A stretch of DNA of 62,936 bases, filler included. It is 9 parts of 9 records of this genome, joined end to end, with 100 filler letters (N's around TTAATTAATTAA, not from the genome) between each part and the next. Parts side by side here need not be neighbours in the genome. Positions count along the whole stretch, not along the records: positions 1 to 6,738 come from SRR31147125_101519; positions 6,839 to 12,129 come from SRR31147125_101572; 7 more parts are not named here. One strand, 5' to 3'. The notes below the pieces were generated by a model, which saw only the letters and a program-made list of their open reading frames with translations, did no database searches and had not been told where the DNA came from. Below, piece after piece: positions 1-9,800 of the stretch. Both the position numbers and the translations under genes were made by a program. Every line of letters begins with the position of its first letter. Within the stretch, counting starts at the first letter, position 1.

Positions 1-675
1 TGGAGTAATGCCGTACCCTGTATAAAGGATAAAAAGGGCTACTTTGTATTGAATAATGACCGTGTAATACAATTACAAAATAATCGGCTGGTAATGTCTG
101 TAGCTCTTCATAAAACCCCCGAAGATTCAGTATTTCACCGAAAAGGAAAGATTTATAGTTATTATTCTGATGACAATGGTAGAACCTGGCAAACATCGGG
201 GGTGCATGTGTCTAATCCTGATAATATAATGCTTCAGGAGCCGGATTTGGTGGAAATGAAAAATGGAAATCTTATGATGTTTATGCGAACCGATATGGGA
301 GTACAATATTTTTCATATTCGGTTGATAATGGAGTTACATGGAGTCCTGTTGAACCAGGCAATGTAATATCTCCACGCTCGCCTGCAACAATAGAACGGA
401 TACCTTCAACAGGTGACTTATTAATGGTTTGGAATAAGAACGGAGATGACCATAAAAGAACGCCTTTAAACATAGCTATTTCGAAAGACGACGGAAAAAC
501 ATGGGAGAGTATAAAAACAATTGAGAATGACCCGGATGGCTGGTACTGTTATACCGCAATGCATTTTGTTGAAAACGATGTTTTGCTGGCTTATTGTGCG
601 GGTAGTCAGTCAGAAAAAACATATTTGTCGGTAACAAATATCAACAGGCTCAACCTTGTATGGATCTATAAATAA
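1..675 (+). CDS. Sialidase-like BNR/Asp-box beta-propeller protein (5' truncated by window edge)
   Basis: Frame is open from base 1. Three Asp-box repeats (SDDNGRTW, SVDNGVTW, SKDDGKTW) plus QEP, RTPL and YCY motifs typical of GH33-like BNR_2 proteins. Confidence 0.8.
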   Translation, partial: WSNAVPCIKDKKGYFVLNNDRVIQLQNNRLVMSVALHKTPEDSVFHRKGKIYSYYSDDNGRTWQTSGVHVSNPDNIMLQEPDLVEMKNGNLMMFMRTDMGVQYFSYSVDNGVTWSPVEPGNVISPRSPATIERIPSTGDLLMVWNKNGDDHKRTPLNIAISKDDGKTWESIKTIENDPDGWYCYTAMHFVENDVLLAYCAGSQSEKTYLSVTNINRLNLVWIYK

Positions 676-937
676 TACCATTTTAACCGGTTGGTTTTAC
701 CTGTGATTTCGCATTGATGATTGTCTCATTATTTAAAGGAGTAGATTGTTCTAAAATGGCTGAGAGATGCATTTAAAATATGTGTTCAGGCTCAACCTTA
801 AAATATATTGGGTTTCACGATTTTTAAACCTCTCACCTTCACGGAAAACTGTTTGAACAGGGTACTATTTATAGGAATATCAAACCAAAAATTGATTTAA
901 TAGAAACCTGATTAACTAAAAGCTTAAACAAACCAAT

Positions 938-1912
938 ATGAAACGAACGTTCTTATTCTTATTCATTTCAATTTTCTTTTTATTAACCGGATGTCAGAGT
1001 TCAAAAAATAAGGAATGGAAGTATCCTCTTGAGAAAGTGGAAAGACTAAATTCCCCATTAGTAGAGGTTGAACCTTTCGTTCTAAATGGAGAATTTTATT
1101 TAGTGGAAAGCTGGCGATCTGACTGGGATTGGCCGGGGCAGCCTGGTAAAGATGCCGGCACGAATAATGAAATATGGATTGCAAAACTTCCCAATGGACC
1201 AGAAAGTTATGATAAGCGAGAATACATTTCCTGTGCAATGAAAGGAAATATATTTGGTACAGCTACAGTTTGGCAAGATCGGGTTTATGTTTTTGGCACC
1301 AATAAAGCAAGCGACCTTCAGCATGTTGAAATGACATGGTCGGAGGATTTAATAAACTGGTCTGACCCGGTGAAAGTTTTTGACAGCCCTGTTGGAAATA
1401 TCTACAATGTATCGTTGACTCGCGATGAGAATGGATTTGTTTTTCAATGGGAAACCAATGAGGTGGGAACCTATTTTACCATGTGCTTTGGGCATATCGA
1501 CAAACTAACCGACAACTGGAACGACAATGTTATTGAGAATGCCATTTACGGGCAGGATAAATATACCGGAGGGCCACAGGTTATTTATGCCGATGGCTGG
1601 TATTATCTGCTTTATTTAGAGCGACTGGAAAATGGCTGGGAAACCCGTGTTACTCGTTCAGAAAACTTAATTGATTGGATTGATGCTCCCGAAAATCGTC
1701 CTTTTATTCCTTTCGATGGTTCCAATGTAAATCTTCCCTTACACCCGGCTGATGTGCCCGAAAAGAATGCCTCCGACCCAGGCTTGACTTATTACAACGG
1801 ACAGGCTGTACTTTATTTTACGGGAGGTATTCAACGGAAAGCTGGCGACCTTCAATGGGCACGCTATAATGGTTCTGTAAGTGAATTGCTGGAGTACTTT
1901 TTTACTGAATAA
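938..1912 (+). CDS. Lipoprotein, probable beta-propeller glycoside hydrolase-like protein of unknown specificity
   Basis: Signal peptide with lipobox LTGC. Repeated blade-like motifs (WSEDLINWS, RSENLIDW) and a C-terminal NASDP. Confidence 0.55.
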   Translation: MKRTFLFLFISIFFLLTGCQSSKNKEWKYPLEKVERLNSPLVEVEPFVLNGEFYLVESWRSDWDWPGQPGKDAGTNNEIWIAKLPNGPESYDKREYISCAMKGNIFGTATVWQDRVYVFGTNKASDLQHVEMTWSEDLINWSDPVKVFDSPVGNIYNVSLTRDENGFVFQWETNEVGTYFTMCFGHIDKLTDNWNDNVIENAIYGQDKYTGGPQVIYADGWYYLLYLERLENGWETRVTRSENLIDWIDAPENRPFIPFDGSNVNLPLHPADVPEKNASDPGLTYYNGQAVLYFTGGIQRKAGDLQWARYNGSVSELLEYFFTE

Positions 1913-1914
1913 TT

Positions 1915-1976
1915 AGAAGCTGTCTAAATGAAAAGGGCGCATAATTAAATGATTTAATAATTTTTAGACAACTTCT
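1915..1976. repeat. Short inverted-repeat element (possible MITE/IS-end relic or terminator)
   Basis: AGAAGCTGTCTAAA (1915-1928) and TTTAGACAACTTCT (1963-1976) form a 14-bp inverted repeat with one mismatch around a 34-nt AT-rich spacer. Confidence 0.45.
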
Positions 1977-1991
1977 TAAAAAACAACATAT

Positions 1992-3572
1992 ATGAATGTT
2001 CAAAATATACCTTTAAGATATCGCATATTATTTCTTATATTTCTTCTGCCAGCCATAGTAGAAGCGCAAAACAATCCCAAATGGGACGATGCTGTTAACA
2101 AAGATTGGCCATCGCAATTTCAGGTAATTGATATACCTTCATCAGTTGATGGTGAAATTCAAAAGGCGTATTATTGTTTTTCAGAAGCAGAAACTCCAAA
2201 GCCATTAATTGTCAGCCTTCATACATGGAGTGGAGGTTATACCCAAAAAGATCCCCTGGTTTCTCAAATTCTGGAAAAAGACTGGAATTATATCCATCCT
2301 CATTTCAGAGGGAGGAACAACAAACCTGAAGCCTGTGGTAGTCGCTTTGTAGCTCCCGATATCGACGATGCTATTTCCTATGCCATAAAAAACGCAAATG
2401 TTGATTTAAACAATATTCATATAGTTGGTGTGAGCGGAGGCGGCCATGCAACGATGCTGGCATATATGAAATCGAAACACAAAATTCGTTCGTTTTCCAG
2501 TTGGGTGGGTATTTCAGATATGAAAAAATGGTATTACGAATCGTTGGGCAGGGGGAACCGGTATGCGAAAGATATTGCTTTGGCAACAACAGGAGATACT
2601 CTATCGATCGATGTTAAAGAGGCAATCTCCAGATCTCCAATATTTATGGAAACACCAGTTGAGGAAAGGGCAAATAGCAAACTGTTTTTATATTGTGGAA
2701 TCCACGACGGGTACGATGGTTCTGTCCCAATCTCGCAAACCATCGATTTTTATAATAAACTGGTTTCTGATACCGATTATAAAAACCTTAAATCGAAAGT
2801 GTCGCCAGAGATAATAGAGCTCATGCTTCGGCAACAGAACCTGAATGGAGTTGTTACCGGGAAAAAAATAGGAGGCCGCGACATTATCTACCAAAACTCA
2901 TTACAAGATAAAATATACCTGACCGTTTTTGAAGGCCGCCACGAGATGATTGTTAATGCAGGGCTAAATCATATCCCTTCAAAAAATATTTTACTGTTGG
3001 GCGATTCTAACGGAGCGTTTGAATATGGCTGGGCAAACCAGTTGAAAGATTTAAGGCCTTTCGATTTTATTGAGAACGCTTGTATTTCGGGTAGCACTGT
3101 AGGTTTTGATAATTTGAACAGGAAAAGTTTGAATACCCTGGAAAATATAGATTCGTATATTGAAAGGTGTACTAAAAATAAAGGTTCGGTTGATTGTGTG
3201 GTTATCCTTTTAGGTACCAACGATTGCAAAACGGTTTTCGACGACCAGTTAAAAGAGGTTCCCAAAAATCTTGAACTCTTAATTGCCCGAATCAGAGAAA
3301 AGACAAATGGAGAACCTAAAATATTTGTGGTTACACCTCCTCCGTGTGGCCCTTCTCATCTACTTCCGGAAAGATACGAAGGAGCGATTGACAGGATTAA
3401 ATTTCTAAGTAAGGAATTCGAAAAAGTAGCCCAAAAAGCAGATGTGGAATTTATTGATATTCACACTCCTCTGGGAAATATTTTTGAAAATCTTACAGGT
3501 GATGGCATTCATTTAAGAGAAGAAGGGCAAATAATTGTTGCTAAAATGATAAACGAAAGATTAAATAAATAA
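1992..3572 (+). CDS. Secreted two-domain esterase: alpha/beta hydrolase (S9-like) fused to SGNH/GDSL hydrolase
   Basis: Signal peptide. GVSGG nucleophile elbow and GRHE in the N-terminal domain; LLGDSN, LGTND and DGIH SGNH blocks in the C-terminal domain. Confidence 0.8.
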   Translation: MNVQNIPLRYRILFLIFLLPAIVEAQNNPKWDDAVNKDWPSQFQVIDIPSSVDGEIQKAYYCFSEAETPKPLIVSLHTWSGGYTQKDPLVSQILEKDWNYIHPHFRGRNNKPEACGSRFVAPDIDDAISYAIKNANVDLNNIHIVGVSGGGHATMLAYMKSKHKIRSFSSWVGISDMKKWYYESLGRGNRYAKDIALATTGDTLSIDVKEAISRSPIFMETPVEERANSKLFLYCGIHDGYDGSVPISQTIDFYNKLVSDTDYKNLKSKVSPEIIELMLRQQNLNGVVTGKKIGGRDIIYQNSLQDKIYLTVFEGRHEMIVNAGLNHIPSKNILLLGDSNGAFEYGWANQLKDLRPFDFIENACISGSTVGFDNLNRKSLNTLENIDSYIERCTKNKGSVDCVVILLGTNDCKTVFDDQLKEVPKNLELLIARIREKTNGEPKIFVVTPPPCGPSHLLPERYEGAIDRIKFLSKEFEKVAQKADVEFIDIHTPLGNIFENLTGDGIHLREEGQIIVAKMINERLNK

Positions 3573-3578
3573 TAAGCC

Positions 3579-5688
3579 ATGTATCGTAAAAATGCAACAG
3601 AACTAATAATAATCATAAGCGTATGTAGCTTGTTGTTATTGCATTCTTGTTCTTCACAACACGAACAAAAATCAGATGAAAATCTGAATCGTTCTTTAGC
3701 AGAAACCGCTGGTAACAGAGATAATAAAATGGAATGGTGGCGAGAAGCCAAATTTGGATTGTTTATTCATTGGGGAGTTTATGCTGTTCCTGGCGGTGTG
3801 TACAAAGGGAAAAAGGTTGACCGAACAGGTGAATGGATTATGCAATATGAACACATTCCTGTAATGGAATATAAAGAATATGCCAAAGAATTTAATCCGG
3901 TAAATTATAATCCCGAGCAATGGGTAGAACTGGCCAAAGAAGCCGGGATGAAATACCTTGTAATAACTGCAAAACATCACGATGGATTTGCTCTCTACGA
4001 TTCCAAAGTTACAGATTGGGATATTGCAGATGCAAGTCCTTATGGCAAAGATCTTCTAAAACCACTGGTAAATTCTTGCCGGGAAAATGATATTAAAGTT
4101 GGATTTTACTACTCGCATTCGGTAGATTATGTGCATCCGGGAGGAGAAGCACAATCACTTGATTTTAAGCCGGGCGGGCATTGGGATCCGGCTCAGAAAG
4201 GGAAAAGCATGGATGCTTATTTTGACGATATTGTTGTTCCACAGGTTAAAGAATTGCTGACAAATTATGGCGATATCGATATTTTATGGTGGGACGGCGG
4301 AGGCTGGTACAATGTGAACAATAAACGTGCTGATAAGATTTTATCTGTTACCGATAATTATCCCAATCTTATAATGAACAACCGCCTTGGGGGTGATTAT
4401 CCGAGCGACCTGAAAACCCCGGAACAATACATTCCTGCAACCGGACTGGATTACGACTGGGAAACCTGCATGACGATGAACGATACCTGGGGCTACCGAA
4501 GTTGGGACCACAATTGGAAGAGTGCAAATACCTTGGTTTTTAATCTTGTTGATATTGTAAGTAAAGGAGGTAATTACCTGTTAAATATAGGTCCAAAGGC
4601 CGATGGAACAATCCCCGAAGCCAGTATTGAACGCCTAAAAACAATTGGGCGATGGATGGCAGTTAACGGAGAAAGTATTTACGGAACTACTGCCAGTCCG
4701 TTTGAAAACGATTCGTGGGGAAGGTGTACAAAAAGATATAGGTAATGGAACCACTCAGTTATACCTGCATATTTTTAACTGGCCCGAGAACGGAAGACTA
4801 AAAATACCGCGCATGAAGAATACCATTATCAAGGCTTCGTTACTTGCTGACAAAGACAGGTTGAGCAGACCGGTAACCGTTGACAATGAATATCTTATTA
4901 TTGATGTTCCGAATCAGGCACCTGACTCCATTTGTTCAGTTGTCAGGCTTGACATAGCTGGGCAGCCAATCGTTTTTAATCCCCCTGAAATAGACGCTAC
5001 TTCCGATATTTTTTATGATGAGATGAACGTTATGCTAAAAAGCGATGTGCCTGGCGTGAAAATTCGTTATACGCTCGACGGGAAAGAGCCAGACCATAAT
5101 TCATTTACTTTTAAAGAAGATGCTTCTTTAAAAGTAAATAACAATACGAAGGTAAAAGCCGCACTATTTATTGAAGAAGAAAGGGTAAGCGAAGTAAGAG
5201 AAAGGCATTTTACCCAAAAAAAGCCTTTGTCTTCAATTCATCCGGGAAATATAAAAAAGGGACTGAAATACAAATGTTATGAAGGAGTTTGGAAAAATGT
5301 GCCGGATTTTAAAAAGTTGCAACCCACAGCGGAAGGACTTGCCTATTTTTTCGATTTAAGTAAAAGTACCAACAATGAGCTGTTTGGAATGAGCTTTTCG
5401 GGATTGATAGATGTACCGGAAACAGGTGTGTACAGGTTTCATGCCTTTCACAACGATGGCTGCATCATAAATATTGACGAACACCAGGTTTTAAAATCTA
5501 AAAACAGGGTTGTTGATGATGCTGTCAAAAAAGAAAGTGATGGTATTCCAATTGTATTGGAAAAAGGTTTGCATCCGATAACTCTTGATTATTTCCAGCG
5601 AATTGACAATGCTGTCCTCGAAGTATTCTGGTCGGGGCCTGGTTTTAAAAGACAGCCTGTAAAAGCACAGGTTTTATTTCAACAGTAA
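3579..5688 (+). CDS. GH29 alpha-L-fucosidase with FN3-associated and PA14 domains (one frameshift near 4730-4734)
   Basis: GH29 motifs WWREAKFGLFIHWG, TAKHHDGF, LWWDG, WETCMT, GGNYLLNIGP in 3579-4745. It continues in frame 4645-5688 with LYLHIFNWP, IRYTLDGKEP and a PA14-like C-terminus. The break is in an A-run. Confidence 0.85.
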
Positions 5689-5717
5689 ACGATTCTTAAA
5701 CAAACAATTTTAATCGT

Positions 5718-6738
5718 ATGAAACAATTGATTTATCGATTATTGGCAGCAAAAAGAATGACTTTTGCAGTATTTACCCTCACTATTTTCATTCTTGTATT
5801 CTCAATGATGGGATTTGCGTCTGAGAAAAATAAACCACTTCGCCGTAGCGAAAGTTTCTTTGGTCTCCATTTCGATTTCCATGCATCGATGAATGATAGC
5901 CTGATCGGAAAGTCGCTTACTTATGAAATGGTGGACAGCCTGTTGGAAATGGTTCAGCCGGATTACATTCAGGTCGACTGCAAAGGACATCCCGGTATTT
6001 CGAGCTATCCTACAAAAGTTGGCAACCCGGCACCGGGTTTTGTTCAAGATCCTTTGAAAATTTTCAGGGAAGTAACAAAAAAACATGGCGTTGCGCTGTA
6101 TGTTCATTATTCGGGTGTTTGGGATAAGGAAGCTGGCAAAACACATCCTGAGTGGGAAGCAATCGACAAAAACGGCAAAAACAGGGAAGGCAAAATGTCG
6201 GTAAAGGGACCGTATGTTGATAGCTTGCTAATCCCGCAATTCAAAGAATTAATTGATAATTACCAAATTGATGGCTGTTGGATAGATGGTGAATGCTGGG
6301 CAGTTAGAAGCGATTATCGACCTGAATTGTTGGAAGCCTTTAAATTGGAAACCGGAATACATACGGTGCCAAAATCGTCGGAAGATCGGGGCTGGTATGA
6401 ATTCTGCGAGTTTAACAGAAAGGCATTTAGGGAATATATCGCACACTATACCGATGAACTCCATACGTATAATCCTGAATTCCAGGTAGCAAGTAACTGG
6501 GCTTTTTCATCTTTAATGCCCGAGCCGGTTGATGTTGATATTGATTTTATTTCGGGCGATTTTTCTCCAACAAACAGTGTGCAAAGCGGACTTTACGAAG
6601 CACGGTGTATTGCCCCTCAGGGAAAGCAGTGGGATTTGATGTCGTGGAGTTTCACTTACGATTTTTCCAGTGGTTTGAAAATTCAGAAATCGGCTGTGCA
6701 GTTGCAGCAATTGGCAGCTACCGTACTATCAATGGGGG
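5718..6738 (+). CDS. Fucosidase-like TIM-barrel glycoside hydrolase (GHL6/GH151-like), 3' truncated
   Basis: Signal peptide; FFGLHFDFH, QVDCKGHPG and DGCWIDGECW motifs; runs into the linker. Confidence 0.6.
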
Positions 6739-6838
6739 NNNNNNNNNNNNNNNNNNNNNNNNNNNNNNNNNNNNNNNNNNNNTTAATTAATTAANNNNNN
6801 NNNNNNNNNNNNNNNNNNNNNNNNNNNNNNNNNNNNNN
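6739..6838. other. Artificial contig linker
   Basis: N44-TTAATTAATTAA-N44, stops in all six frames. Confidence 0.98.
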
Positions 6839-6861
6839 ACACACACACACACACACACACA
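6839..6861. repeat. (AC)n microsatellite at contig end, intronic
   Basis: Perfect AC dinucleotide run ending in an AG acceptor. Confidence 0.9.
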
Positions 6862-6862
6862 G

Positions 6863-9800
6863 GACACAAAGTTCGCCGAGAAAATGCAAATGATCGTATC
6901 CAAACTGTTTCCCAAAAAGACCCAGCTTGTTCCAAGCGAGCGACCCGCCCTACACATGTTGATGACAGCTCTTGTACGGTCTCAGTTCATGTTGAGTTGA
7001 ATCACCCACCCTTGTGCAGGGACACAAATCGGTTGCGCTTCTTGTTCAATACACACGCGACATTTCAATGTCCTCCAACTACTCTGTACGTTCTCATTCT
7101 CGTTCTCATTGTTTTGATTCCATCTCTCATCGTTAGGTGGACCATCGTGTTGTTCCACTTGCCGCTCTTGCCTCTGTGTGCAAAGAACACATTCCACAGG
7201 TATCTCTCCCCAGAGATGTATTACATTCCTTCACCAACCTTGTCTCTCTTCTCCAGGTCCAGACCTATAACAGCGTCTTGCTGCCAATCGTCAACAGTTT
7301 TATCGAACAAGCCGGGAATATCGCCCATACACAAGAGATTGCACTTCTTCGCGTAGCCGTGCAGGTATGTCCCGTTCGTCATGTTCACACACACACACAC
7401 ATTCTCTCTTTCTAGTGTTTCCCAGTTGTGCAAGACCCCAAAGAAGAAAAGGCGTCAGAGGTAGATTTAATCAACGTGTTATCGACGACATCTCATGTTC
7501 CATAGACGGCACAACGTCTCCTAGGCCTGCTTGCCTATGCCGATCGCGAAGTAGTGAACGGGGCCTGCCAATCCGTGGTGGACTACTTGGCACAGGACTA
7601 CAATGGCCGCTTTGTTCGCGTCCTTTCGCTGTTTTTCGAAGGTACAAAGAAACGCATACGGAATGAGGGATTGCTGAGTTGATCGGTGCAACAGTGGCCT
7701 CGCGACTCTCCTTGTATGCCGAGGCTGACAAGGCATCCAAGACGATTACGTTCCTGTCGGTGCTTCTGGAGAGCTTTCTCAAGGGCAACAGTTCTCCACG
7801 GATTGGTGCGATGAGCACACTCGTGGACTGAAGTGACAAATTCCTAGATTCTGTGAAATGGTTGACCGTACGAGTGCAACTAGAGGCCCTTTGTGTGTTC
7901 TGGCTCACACATAATGAAAGCTGGTGCGTGGATGGACGGCCATTATGTTTTTTCTCTCATCCGCCGTGCAGGTTCCGCACACCTGTTTTCGAAGTACTTG
8001 AGCTTCTTGGCCACGGTACATTAATGTTCGTGTGGAGCGGGGTGGTGGTGGTGGTGCTTGTTTGTGTGAGATTGGTTCGTTGGGGACTTGTAGAGAGATT
8101 GAGGAGTCGCAACATGTTGTTCCCGTTCCTCCACGCCTCTGCGACATTATTCAACCTGGCCTGGTTGCAGATGAGGTGTGCTGTGTGCTGTGCACGTACG
8201 GAGCTACTTATCTCACTCTCCCAGGCGTCAATTGTCTCTGTCTTCCTTCCCACCTTGTTTGATCTTATTCGAAACGAGGAAAGCGCAGAGGTTGGTGCAT
8301 CGTGCTGTGTCCCCTCAACCTCACGCACCAAAGGCGTACACCATTGTTCTCAATGGGGCGTGGTCGTTGATTGCATCCTCCCAGTGGAACGTGGTGCGAC
8401 ACAAACCTTCCCTGATCAGTGAATCCCCGGAAAGGTTAGGAATGGCCAATCTCTTCCTTGATGACGAATGATTCTAGGTACGATCTCTGGAAGAATCAAT
8501 TGGCTTTCTTGTGTGAGGTTATGCGCAAGCGTGACATCAACCCAGCGGGGAGCTTTGGTGAGTCTTGGGTGGACAAACACCATATCGTCTCGCATGGTGA
8601 CCTCCGTGGGACTGTAGGCGCTGCGTTTGCCATGAGTCCTGTTTCCGTGCAGCAGGTGTTCAATGAAATTCTAGCGCTCGTCTCTTCCCCTGACGTATCA
8701 CCAAGTGTACGTCTGGTTGGTTTGATCGATGACACTCATGCCATCCGTTTTCAAGGTTCTCGTCGATGCCACCCTTGTAATGGGTCGCCTGCACGTCTCT
8801 GGTGCGAGCTTGTTTCCAGACACTTCTCATGATTTATTCTTGTGGTTTTATGGGATGTAGTTGTAGAAGATCTTCTTCGACAATCAAAGTTTGTGGCGCA
8901 TCGCCCATCAGGGCGATCACAAAAGGCGCGAAAGGAATCCACGGCCACAGACATCTTCGATGATGTACGCCTCCTACGCCCACAGAGCAAGCACATACTC
9001 ACACACACGTGTATAACTAGGAACGGATCTTGGGAATTCTCACGCAGGTATACGGCGGAATGTCCTTTGAGGCCTTTAATGGAGCACCTGAATACGTCCG
9101 AACTATTCTAGAGGGTACGAGGGCATGTTCCACCTTGTCCGTCCGTTCATTCACCCTGCTTGTCGCGGTGTGCCAGAGGCCGTGTCTCACTGGAACCGCA
9201 CAACGCCCCTGTACAATGAGAGCAACCGAGCGATTAAGGCTCACATTGCTCGTCTAATTGAACTCTTCCTCATCTTTGCGGGTACGGAAGGGCAACGCAA
9301 TGGGCTGTTGTATGTGACGTTGTGTGGCACAGGGGTGATGGCCGAGAGGAATATGAAGAATGAACTATACGTCCGTGCCGATAAGAGGTACACAAGCGCA
9401 GATTCTGCGGAGTACTGAGTGGTGCCACATTTCAGCTATCGATCCATGAAACAAGAAATTGGACAGTATCAGAAGGATTCATCCGAGGTGTGCCCGTGTT
9501 GTGTGTCGTGTCGGTTCGTTGATTCCTCCAACCGCGATGTTCCAGGGAGGAGGATACATTGCGTGGTTCTTCCCCAAACTTGTCACGTGGTTCCCTCACG
9601 AGGACGCGACAAGTGGCAAAGTCGGAGGAAAGGTATCCCACGACACGACCGACACGAAGGTCCCATGTCCCACACCCATCACTCCGGGTTCAGGTTGTGC
9701 TCCAGAAGCAGTTGCTACGAACTATCACCGCACTTCTTCATTGTGGTCCATTGTTGGACGATAGCATAGGAAAGCAGGTGGATCACTGCACTCGAGCACA

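Noticed and set aside
4645-4745. Programmed ribosomal frameshift in the fucosidase
   Set aside because: No clear slippery heptamer with a stimulatory structure, and similar breaks occur in unrelated contigs; a sequencing indel is more likely.
6783-6794. TTAATTAATTAA recurring eight times as a possible biological repeat
   Set aside because: It is always centred in identical N-runs, so it is an artificial all-frame-stop linker.
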